NCBI GenBank assembly: GCA_050178385.1
Contig: JBFXGD010000044.1
Coordinates: 3,864 to 22,444 of the forward strand
DNA length: 18,581 nt
Reading direction: 5' to 3'
Source: Calditrichaceae bacterium
GTDB taxonomy: Bacteria > Calditrichota > Calditrichia > Calditrichales > JBFXGD01
Positions 9,921 through 17,159 of this stretch are shown here, in pieces. The notes under the pieces are model-generated. The model was given only the letters and a program-made list of their open reading frames with translations, was not told the origin of the DNA and did not search any database. Made by a program: the position numbers and the translations under genes. Positions within the stretch are counted from its first letter, which is position 1, and each line of letters opens with the position of its first letter.

Positions 9921-11228
9921 ATGTCTCCAAAAAAAGATATTAATTTTGCTCTATTAGGTTTCGGAAAACTGGGAACGGGATTCTATAATATCTGGATGAA
10001 TAAAAGGGATAAGATTAAGGAACAAACAGGTTTTAATCTTGTTCTGAAAAAGATTCTGATCAAAAATAAACATTTTAAGCGTTCCGTAAAAAAACTTGAC
10101 AAAAACCTCCTCACGACCGATTTGGATGATATTCTAAATGATTCAGAAATTCAGATTGTTATTGATGCGATGGGCGGGATAGAACCAACGTTCACGATAA
10201 TAAAAAAAATGCTCAATAGCAGAAAACATGTTATATCCGCAAACAGAACATTACTCGCATCAAAAATGCATGAATTAGCTGATCTCGGCAATGAGAACAA
10301 AACTTACATACTCCCGGAACCTTCACTGGGAGGCGGAATACCCATTATCAGCGCCCTGCAGAGGGATTTGATTGCCAACCGTATAACATCGGTGACGGGA
10401 ATCCTAAGCGGGACGTCAAATTTTATACTCTCCGAAATGACCGACAAGCAAATTTCTCTGAAAGAGGCTTTGCAGTCACCGGAAATTATCAAAATAGGGG
10501 AAACGCTCTCCATCATTGATTATGATGGTTCGGATGCCGCGCAGAAGGTTGCGATACTTGCCGCTGCTTCTTTCGGTGTGGAGATAAATTTTCTTAATAT
10601 TTTTGCTGAAGGGATATCCGATATTTCGGAATTTGATATCCGCTGCGCGGAAGATTTTGGCTATAGATTTAAACTCCTTGCCATACTGCGGGATCATCCC
10701 GATAGTTTTGAGATAAGGGTACATCCAACACTTGTCCCAAAAGATCATCCTCTAAACTCTGTTAAAGGCCAGTATAACGCCTATTACATTATGACCGATC
10801 TCCTTGGAGATTATATGATTTACGGGAAAGGGGTAGGTATTGAATCCACGAGCAGCCTGCTTCTTCGCGATATTGTTGAAATAGGCACCCGCTTATATCA
10901 TCATCCTACAAAAATTAATTATCAATTGTCATGGAACAACAAGCCTGTATTACCTATCTCAGAAATCCAGACATCTTATTATCTCCGGTTTCCATGTGTG
11001 GACAAACCGGGTGTCATAGGACAAATTGCAAATATTTTAGGGCAGTATTCCATAAATATCGGATCGGCCCACGCGGAAGTGGATAAAAAAGCGAACAATG
11101 GTAGTTTCGGGTTTGTGCATATCTTTGTGGATGATTCCAAAGAGAAAGATATTCATGAGGCGCTTGACAGGATAAGGGAACTGGATATAATTAAAGACAG
11201 AATCAAATTATTCAGGATTCTGGATTGA
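9921..11228 (+). CDS. hom: Homoserine dehydrogenase-family protein with C-terminal ACT domain (divergent)
   Basis: It has the Rossmann 'LLGFGKLG', 'GGGIP', 'GILSGTSNFIL', 'DAAQK', 'RVHPTLVPKDHPL' and the ACT 'DKPGVIGQI'. The start was moved from TTG 9891 to ATG 9921, which has an AGGTGGGA RBS. Confidence 0.85.
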   Translation: MSPKKDINFALLGFGKLGTGFYNIWMNKRDKIKEQTGFNLVLKKILIKNKHFKRSVKKLDKNLLTTDLDDILNDSEIQIVIDAMGGIEPTFTIIKKMLNSRKHVISANRTLLASKMHELADLGNENKTYILPEPSLGGGIPIISALQRDLIANRITSVTGILSGTSNFILSEMTDKQISLKEALQSPEIIKIGETLSIIDYDGSDAAQKVAILAAASFGVEINFLNIFAEGISDISEFDIRCAEDFGYRFKLLAILRDHPDSFEIRVHPTLVPKDHPLNSVKGQYNAYYIMTDLLGDYMIYGKGVGIESTSSLLLRDIVEIGTRLYHHPTKINYQLSWNNKPVLPISEIQTSYYLRFPCVDKPGVIGQIANILGQYSINIGSAHAEVDKKANNGSFGFVHIFVDDSKEKDIHEALDRIRELDIIKDRIKLFRILD

Positions 11229-11235
11229 GGAGAAT

Positions 11236-11889
11236 ATGAGAAATATTACATTTAAAAGCGGACAAATCTATAACCCCACAAAAATTATTGGGGTTGGCAG
11301 GAATTATTCAGAGCATATAAAGGAAATGCAGTCAGAAAAAACTGCGGATCCCGTTCTGTTTATCAAACCGGTCAGCGCTTTGTGTGATATAATGAGTCCA
11401 TTACTGCTTCCAAAAAATTATGGATCAGTTCATCATGAAATAGAGCTGGCAGTATGTGTGGGTAAGTCAGGATCCAATATCCGGATCGGCGACGCCCTTG
11501 ATTTTATCGCGGGATATGGCCTTGCATTAGATCTGACACTTCGCGACCTTCAGGCCGAAGCAAAAAAAGCAGGTCTGCCCTGGGCTGTGGCAAAAGGTTT
11601 TGATAACTCATGTCCGGTATCAGTTTTTGTGCCGGCGGCAGATGTTGCAGATGTGAATAATCTGAATTTAATGTTGAAAGTTAACGGAGAAGTCCGACAA
11701 AAAGGCAATACAGGACAGATGCTGTTTAAGCTTGATGTATTGATTGCATCTATCAGCCGTTTTTTTAGACTAGAAAAAGGAGATATCATTTTAACGGGTA
11801 CTCCTTCCGGGGTTGGCCCGCTTCATGAAGGTGATAAAATTGAAGCGACCATTGATCAGATCGCTTCAATCCGGACATCTGTATTATAA
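11236..11889 (+). CDS. Fumarylacetoacetate hydrolase family protein (YcgM/FAHD1-like)
   Basis: It has 'KIIGVGRNYSEH', 'HHEIELAV', 'LDLTLRDLQ', 'PWAVAKGFD' and 'GDIILTGTPSGVG'. A GAGGAG RBS overlaps the hom stop codon. Confidence 0.92.
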   Translation: MRNITFKSGQIYNPTKIIGVGRNYSEHIKEMQSEKTADPVLFIKPVSALCDIMSPLLLPKNYGSVHHEIELAVCVGKSGSNIRIGDALDFIAGYGLALDLTLRDLQAEAKKAGLPWAVAKGFDNSCPVSVFVPAADVADVNNLNLMLKVNGEVRQKGNTGQMLFKLDVLIASISRFFRLEKGDIILTGTPSGVGPLHEGDKIEATIDQIASIRTSVL

Positions 11890-11895
11890 TTCAAA

Positions 11896-12861
11896 TCAGG
11901 CGAGAAGCTGCGCTAGCTTGAAGAGGTTTTTGTCTATATTTTTCTGTTTTGTCCATGAATCTTCCAGAGGAGTAAAGACAATCTTGCTGTTTATTTCGCC
12001 GACCATAGCATCAGTTTTTCCGTTGAGTAACCCCAATACAGCCTGGCTCCCAAGAAGACTTCCAAGAAGACGGTCTCTTGATGTCGGAGAACCACCTCTT
12101 TGAATATGGCCGAGCACCACAACCCGGTATTCCATTCCGCTGATTCTTTTAATCCGGTTGGCGATGGTAAAGGCATTACCCTCCTCTTCTCCTTCAGCGA
12201 CAACAACAATACTGCTTGTTTTGCCTTTTTTACGTCCTTCAAATATTCTTTCGGCCAATTCAGTGATATTTGTTTTTTTCTCAGGCACTAAAATCTCTTC
12301 CGCGCCTCCCCCAATACCGACTTCGAGAGCGATAAATCCTGAATTTCTCCCCATCACCTCTATGATAAACATACGTTCATGAGAATCAGCCGTATCGCGG
12401 ATCTTATCGATGGCATCCAATGCGATATTCACAGCCGTATCAAAACCGATTGTAAAGTCTGTGCCGTATATATCATTATCAATAGTGGCCGGTACACCGA
12501 CTATTGGAATCTGATGTTCTTCCGCAAAAAAGTGTGCCCCGTGAAATGTACCGTCACCTCCGATGGCAACGATTCCTTCAATATCCAGCTTCTGCAGAAA
12601 TTTTGCACCGGTCTCCCGCCCCTGAGGGGTTTTCCATTCATCACATCTGGATGTTTTGAGGATTGTTCCTCCTCGTTGTATTATGTTGGAAACGGAATGG
12701 CGGGTAAGTTCCTGATATTCTTTATAGATAAGTCCTGTAAAGCCTCTCTCGATGCCATATACTTTTATATTGTTGTTTATTGCGGTTCGGACAACGGCGC
12801 GAATACTGGCATTCATGCCCGGCGCGTCTCCGCCGCTTGTTAATACAGCTATTGCTTTCAT
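11896..12861 (-). CDS. pfkA: ATP-dependent 6-phosphofructokinase
   Basis: It has 'LTSGGDAPGMN', 'GGDGT', 'TIDND', 'EVMGR' and 'LGHIQRGG'. The true start is ATG 12861 with an AGGAG RBS (321 aa), not TTG 12987. Confidence 0.95.
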   Translation of the reverse strand: MKAIAVLTSGGDAPGMNASIRAVVRTAINNNIKVYGIERGFTGLIYKEYQELTRHSVSNIIQRGGTILKTSRCDEWKTPQGRETGAKFLQKLDIEGIVAIGGDGTFHGAHFFAEEHQIPIVGVPATIDNDIYGTDFTIGFDTAVNIALDAIDKIRDTADSHERMFIIEVMGRNSGFIALEVGIGGGAEEILVPEKKTNITELAERIFEGRKKGKTSSIVVVAEGEEEGNAFTIANRIKRISGMEYRVVVLGHIQRGGSPTSRDRLLGSLLGSQAVLGLLNGKTDAMVGEINSKIVFTPLEDSWTKQKNIDKNLFKLAQLLA

Positions 12862-12902
12862 TATATTGCTCTCCTGATATTCTGTCTCCGGATGAATGGA
12901 AT

Positions 12903-12987
12903 ATAATACATTTTTTCCATTCAAAGTCAAAACTCGATGGTCAAATTTTAAGCTGGTAAAGGTATAGCATGGATTCAATTTTGTCAA
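12903..12987 (-). promoter_or_regulatory. Two candidate sigma-70 promoters for pfkA
   Basis: On the minus strand: TTGACT (12930-12925)-N16-TATTAT (12908-12903), and TTGACA (12987-12982)-N17-TACCTT (12964-12959). Confidence 0.5.
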
Positions 12988-13074
12988 CTGATATGTGAAA
13001 ATATATTTTGTTTGGATGCATAGGAAATCATACTTAACTTGGATTGTAAAAAGTACAATTATTATGGAATAACA

Positions 13075-13854
13075 ATGAAAGTAAATATAGATAAATTACA
13101 GGGCATGGATCGTTTGTTGTATGTCATGAAACGTCTGCGCAAGGATTGTCCATGGGATGCCGGGCAAACGCATCAAAGCCTAAAAAAGTACTTACTTGAA
13201 GAGACGTATGAAGCGTTGGAGACAATAGATAATGAACGATGGGACCTGTTGAGTTCCGAATTGGGGGATATATTGCTTCAAATTGTATTTCATAGTGAAA
13301 TAGCGAGTGAAAATCGAAATTTTAAATTTGAAGATGTGGTTCACAATATTACAAAAAAGATGATTGACCGGCATCCGCATGTTTTTGGAGATAAAAAATT
13401 AAAAACCGCGTCAGATGTCAGTCAGAATTGGGAGCATTTGAAAGTAACCGGAGAAAACAGGGAATCAATTCTCAGCGGTATTCCAAAAAACTCCCCCGCT
13501 CTGCTGCAGGCGCAGCGATTACAGGAAAAAGCCGCGACTGTAGGATTTGAATGGGATGAAGTGGAATCAGTAATAGAAAAAATTGATGAAGAACTACAGG
13601 AGTTCAAAGCGGCGTTCCAGGCGATGGAAACAAAAAATGTTGAACAGGAATTTGGAGATCTGCTTTTTAGTCTGGTTAACCTGAGTCGTTATATTAATAT
13701 AGATTCTGAGGATGCATTGCGTAAAACAAACGCGAAATTTGTGAAGCGGTTTAAACATATTGAAAATCAGTATCACAATAATCCAAAGGCGATGAAGAAT
13801 GCGAGCCTCGATGAGCTTGACCGGCATTGGACAGATGCCAAAAAGAATGAATAG
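13075..13854 (+). CDS. mazG: Nucleoside triphosphate pyrophosphohydrolase MazG (tandem domain)
   Basis: It has 'LRKDCPWD', 'EETYEA', 'ELGDILLQIVFH', 'RHPHVFG' and a second domain 'EELQE...EFGDLLF'. The likely start is ATG 13075. Confidence 0.94.
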   Translation: MKVNIDKLQGMDRLLYVMKRLRKDCPWDAGQTHQSLKKYLLEETYEALETIDNERWDLLSSELGDILLQIVFHSEIASENRNFKFEDVVHNITKKMIDRHPHVFGDKKLKTASDVSQNWEHLKVTGENRESILSGIPKNSPALLQAQRLQEKAATVGFEWDEVESVIEKIDEELQEFKAAFQAMETKNVEQEFGDLLFSLVNLSRYINIDSEDALRKTNAKFVKRFKHIENQYHNNPKAMKNASLDELDRHWTDAKKNE

Positions 13855-13865
13855 GTGGATTTGGG

Positions 13866-14900
13866 ATGCCGAATGACTATCTGAGTTCCCTGGGGTTGTA
13901 TGAAACACCCGAACAACTCCTGCAGGGCACAGGCAAATTTCTGAGTAAATATATGAAGTTGCGGAATTTTGTCCTTATGAAGCACCGCGTTCACCCGGAC
14001 CCATTTGTATGTTTGTTGAATCATTATGAAGACCTTGACCTGTCATTGACGCAAAATTCTCTAAAAAACTTCAATATTGATGTATGTCCTTACCAACCCG
14101 TGAAATATTTGGAAAATTATTATTGTTTCGGTGAAGGGGATTTCACAAAGAATGATGTCATATTCATAGTATCAAAAAATAAGATTCCGGAAAGCGTTAT
14201 TGATGTAATGAGATCTTATGATTCATTGAGTCGGCAATGCCGACAGGTGCGCGAGGCGGAAAAAATACAAAATCAGACAGAATATACAGGAATCATTTCA
14301 CAATTAATGCATGATGTCGCTTCATTGTTAAATCTCAGCCGGAATATCCAAAATCCGGACGAGTTGACAGAACGGATTCATTATCAGGAGAGGGCAAACA
14401 CCCGGCTGCTTCAGTATATACGGAAACCGGAATTATTTCTGACAGAAATCGGTGTTAATGAATTGATTTTGGATACCATCGCTCTCATGGAAATTTCTGC
14501 TGAAAAATTAAATCTGAAAATTAATTCTAACAGGGAGAAAATTCAGGTTGATGTGGAGCTTTTTTCAAAGGCCTTAATTGAAATTATTAAAAATTCAATC
14601 GAAGCGGTTGATAACGATTTATCCGGTATTTCAATCTCGGTCGATATGTTGTCTGCACTTTCTCCATTTAATAAAAAATCCTGGATGCGGTGCGAGATTC
14701 GTGATACGGGAAACGGTATTTCTGAAGATTTCAAAGAATTTGTCGGAACACCGTTTTTTACGACCGTGAAGAACAAAGGCCATACAGGGTTGGGACTCCC
14801 GATATCAGAGAAAATTATTAATGCCCATAAAGGCTATTTGGAAGTAAATTCAGTACATGGAAGTGGCACAGTCGTTACATTATACTTACCTTCTGATTAA
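13866..14900 (+). CDS. Soluble sensor histidine kinase
   Basis: It has the H-box 'QLMHDVASLL', N-box 'EIIKNSIEA', G1 'DTGNGI', F 'FFTT' and G2 'GHTGLGL'. No TM helix is evident, and the N-terminal ~140 aa are unassigned. Confidence 0.88.
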   Translation: MPNDYLSSLGLYETPEQLLQGTGKFLSKYMKLRNFVLMKHRVHPDPFVCLLNHYEDLDLSLTQNSLKNFNIDVCPYQPVKYLENYYCFGEGDFTKNDVIFIVSKNKIPESVIDVMRSYDSLSRQCRQVREAEKIQNQTEYTGIISQLMHDVASLLNLSRNIQNPDELTERIHYQERANTRLLQYIRKPELFLTEIGVNELILDTIALMEISAEKLNLKINSNREKIQVDVELFSKALIEIIKNSIEAVDNDLSGISISVDMLSALSPFNKKSWMRCEIRDTGNGISEDFKEFVGTPFFTTVKNKGHTGLGLPISEKIINAHKGYLEVNSVHGSGTVVTLYLPSD

Positions 14901-14906
14901 GATATT

Positions 14907-16256
14907 ATGAAAGATTCACAGCACAAAATTCTTGTTATTGAAGATAACGCGGTGTGGCAGCAGAGTTACCGAAAATGGCTCGGAACCGGTTATGTTTTTG
15001 AATTTGCCGCTGATATTTCTTCCGCAGAGGAGGCGTACATAAGCTTTCTTCCCGATATAGTCCTGCTGGATCTCAGTCTTCCGCAGGCTAAGCAGGGGCT
15101 CACGATACTGGATTTTATTATCGGCAGAGGGCGGGATTCCAAGGTCATCGTTATTACCTCCTCGCAGGATCATCAAGACGCTCTTGAAGCGCAGAAGCGG
15201 GGCGCGTATGCTTATTTTTTTAAGGGGGAAAATATTGAGGACGAATTACCCTTTCTTGTCAAGCGGGCTACTAAAATGCAAATTCTGGAAAGAGAAAACA
15301 GAGAACTAAGACGAAAATTGACAGGTACCCTGCAATATGAAGGCATTGTTGCGGTCAGTAAACAGATGCAGAGCATATTGCAATTGGTTGAACAGATCAG
15401 GAATACCAATGAACCGGTGCTTATAACGGGAGAGTCGGGTGTTGGTAAGGAGATTATCGCAAAACATATTCATAAGCGCAGCAGAATATCAAGAAGGCCG
15501 TTTGTCGCCATAAATTCAGCTGCTTTGCCTGAGAATCTTCTTGAAAACGAATTGTTCGGCCACGAAAGAGGCGCTTTTACCGGCGCCAACGAATTAAAAA
15601 AGGGGCAGTTCGAACAAATAAATGGAGGGACTCTATTTTTGGATGAGATCGGGGAGCTTCCTCAGTCAATGCAGGCAAAAATTCTTAGAGTCCTTCAGGA
15701 AAAAAAGTTTTTTAGATTAGGCGGCACAAAGGAAATGGTTGCTGATTTTCGCCTGATCGCAGCGACGAACAGTAATCTCAGCGAAGAAGTAAAAAGAAAA
15801 AATTTTCGTGAAGATTTATATTATCGTTTGAATGTCATTCCTATTCATATCCCACCACTTCGTGAGCGACCGGATGATATACCGGCCCTGGTCAATCACT
15901 TCACCGGTTACTATTGTAAAATGAATAGACTACCTGTACCTAAGTTGGATGCGGCGCTGGTCGCGTATCTTTCAAAACTGGAATGGAAAGGTAATATTCG
16001 TCAGCTTGAGAACACGCTCATCCGCATGCTCGTGCTGAATCTGAAAGTTCTTGGGATAAAGGATATTCCGCAGGATATTCAGAATGAAGTGAATCCTATT
16101 ATTCAGAATGCCCTGGTTAATAAATATTCTTTGGAACAACTGACAAATATGTATGCGAATCTTGTATATGAATATTCGGGAAAAAACAAAAAAGCTGCCT
16201 GTGAATTTTTACAAATTAACTATAGAACATTAATGACCCGCCTTCGAAAATCCTAA
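14907..16256 (+). CDS. Sigma-54-dependent response regulator (REC-AAA+-Fis HTH; NtrC/PrsR-like)
   Basis: It has the REC motifs 'LVIED...VLLDLSLP', Walker A 'GESGVGKE', an intact GAFTGA, Walker B 'LFLDEIGE', 'FREDLYYRLN', 'WKGNIRQLEN' and the C-terminal HTH 'NKKAACEFLQINYRTL'. Confidence 0.95.
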   Translation: MKDSQHKILVIEDNAVWQQSYRKWLGTGYVFEFAADISSAEEAYISFLPDIVLLDLSLPQAKQGLTILDFIIGRGRDSKVIVITSSQDHQDALEAQKRGAYAYFFKGENIEDELPFLVKRATKMQILERENRELRRKLTGTLQYEGIVAVSKQMQSILQLVEQIRNTNEPVLITGESGVGKEIIAKHIHKRSRISRRPFVAINSAALPENLLENELFGHERGAFTGANELKKGQFEQINGGTLFLDEIGELPQSMQAKILRVLQEKKFFRLGGTKEMVADFRLIAATNSNLSEEVKRKNFREDLYYRLNVIPIHIPPLRERPDDIPALVNHFTGYYCKMNRLPVPKLDAALVAYLSKLEWKGNIRQLENTLIRMLVLNLKVLGIKDIPQDIQNEVNPIIQNALVNKYSLEQLTNMYANLVYEYSGKNKKAACEFLQINYRTLMTRLRKS

Positions 16257-16308
16257 TTGTAATAATTGCACTTTTCCTACATTATGAATTGTAATTTATG
16301 CAATTCAT
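16255..16308. promoter_or_regulatory. Tandem dyad enhancer (UAS)-like sites
   Basis: Site 1 is AATTGTA-ATAAT-TGCACTT (16255-16273) and site 2 is AATTGTA-ATTTA-TGCAATT (16287-16305). They are offset by exactly 32 bp. Site 2 extends to ATGAATTG-N9-CAATTCAT (16284-16308). Confidence 0.7.
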
Positions 16309-16325
16309 GACGGCATATTTTACCC

Positions 16326-16338
16326 TAATATGTTGTTT
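16326..16338 (-). promoter_or_regulatory. IHF-like binding site
   Basis: The minus strand reads AAACAACATATTA, one mismatch to WATCAANNNNTTR. It has an adjacent A-tract and lies between the dyads and the -24/-12 element. Confidence 0.35.
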
Positions 16339-16396
16339 TTTTTGAGATTATCAATATTAGTGAGTTATGTTGTTTAGAAATAATAACTTACGCTGA

Positions 16397-16412
16397 TGGC
16401 ATGCTAATTGTA
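16397..16412 (+). promoter_or_regulatory. Sigma-54 (-24/-12) promoter
   Basis: The sequence is TGGC-ATGCTAA-TTGTA against the consensus TGGC-N7-TTGCW. The spacing is exact, with GT instead of GC at -12, about 100 bp downstream of dyad site 2. Confidence 0.65.
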
Positions 16413-16442
16413 TTAACAGAATACAAAATAAGGTTGGAGCCG

Positions 16443-16658
16443 ATGAAGCCGGAAGATATAATCAATAGTAATCTGAAAATCAGCATTCAGGATGATGAAA
16501 GCGGGAGAAGATATTACAGTGTGCGTCTTGTTTTTTCTGATGAGGATATACTAACCGTATATAGAGACAATATGAGTGAATTAATGAGTGATTTGCCTCA
16601 TATTATCGGTTCGGCAATGCAAGCCCGGTTAATTTCAGATGGTTTGTTAACAGTTTAG
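16443..16658 (+). CDS. Hypothetical 71-aa acidic protein
   Basis: ATG 16443 is preceded by an AGGTTGGAG RBS. The ORF-track start at 16401 lies inside the sigma-54 promoter, so it was rejected. Confidence 0.75.
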   Translation: MKPEDIINSNLKISIQDDESGRRYYSVRLVFSDEDILTVYRDNMSELMSDLPHIIGSAMQARLISDGLLTV

Positions 16659-16663
16659 ACCAA

Positions 16664-16672
16664 GGGGGGGGG
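16664..16672 (+). repeat. G9 homopolymer directly before a start codon
   Basis: The sequence is CAA-GGGGGGGGG-ATG (16673). Confidence 0.85.
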
Positions 16673-17044
16673 ATGAAAGTTTTTATTTGTGAACAGGATC
16701 AGTTGAGAGCAAAATCTATGCAGGATATACTCGGGGTTTATAACTATACGGTAGTAACTATAAATAAACAAACAGATCTCATAAAAGAGGTTACGAGTCA
16801 TAGGCCTGCTGTCATTATTATGAATGAATGTTTCGCAAAAAACTCAGGATCTGATACGCTGAATTCTTTACGGCGTGATCCGGTAACAGCAGAAATCCCG
16901 GTTATATTTATAGGAAAAGATCACCGGTTTCTTGATGATGGAGATGCCTTGACTGAGTTTGTGGAGGAACCCATTAAGATAAAGAATCTTCGTCATTATA
17001 TCGACAGGTGGACAATATTCAAGAGTTTATATATAAAGCATTAA
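16673..17044 (+). CDS. Single-domain receiver (CheY-like) protein, atypical/pseudo-receiver
   Basis: It has the REC fold pattern 'MKVFICEQD...RPAVIIMN...SGSDTLNSLRRDPVTAEIPVIFIG...FVEEPI'. The phospho-Asp, Thr/Ser and Lys positions are all substituted. Confidence 0.82.
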   Translation: MKVFICEQDQLRAKSMQDILGVYNYTVVTINKQTDLIKEVTSHRPAVIIMNECFAKNSGSDTLNSLRRDPVTAEIPVIFIGKDHRFLDDGDALTEFVEEPIKIKNLRHYIDRWTIFKSLYIKH

Positions 17045-17045
17045 A

Positions 17046-17138
17046 ATGGAAATCAGTTACCTTTTAATACATATGTTTTTCGTGTCCCTTTGGTTTGTTT
17101 TCAAAGGAATCAATATCAAGGATGATGTTTTTCATTAA
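17046..17138 (+). CDS. Candidate 30-aa hydrophobic small protein (MEISYLLIHMFFVSLWFVFKGINIKDDVFH)
   Basis: The ATG is 1 nt after the pseudo-receiver stop (TAA-A-ATG). It has a ~16-residue hydrophobic stretch and ends before the terminator. It is below the ORF-track cut-off and has no separate RBS. Confidence 0.3.
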   Translation: MEISYLLIHMFFVSLWFVFKGINIKDDVFH

Positions 17139-17159
17139 AACTGATTGGTTAATATCAGT

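Noticed and set aside
12862..12987. 42-aa N-terminal extension of PfkA
   Set aside because: Homology begins at MKAIAV, which has an AGGAG RBS. The extension overlaps promoter-like sequence, and its TTG is part of a TTGACA box.
4376..13854. A 'metabolite-repair cluster' of lhgO, FAHD1-like and mazG
   Set aside because: The genes lie in different transcription units and orientations, separated by unrelated genes, so co-location is probably coincidental.
386..15409. Numerous 60-150 aa alternative-frame or antisense ORFs from the ORF track (e.g. 8559-8963, 12379-12843, 13594-13908)
   Set aside because: They overlap well-supported genes and show no recognisable motifs or RBS, so they are treated as shadow ORFs.
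16255..16308. CRISPR-like or transposon-end interpretation of the paired repeats
   Set aside because: There are only two short imperfect copies with a 13-bp gap and no cas or transposase gene. An enhancer fits better.
13075..16658. Anti-phage or toxin-antitoxin system (MazG plus HicB-like small protein)
   Set aside because: MazG is the housekeeping tandem-domain type, and no MazEF, HicA or other toxin or effector is seen.
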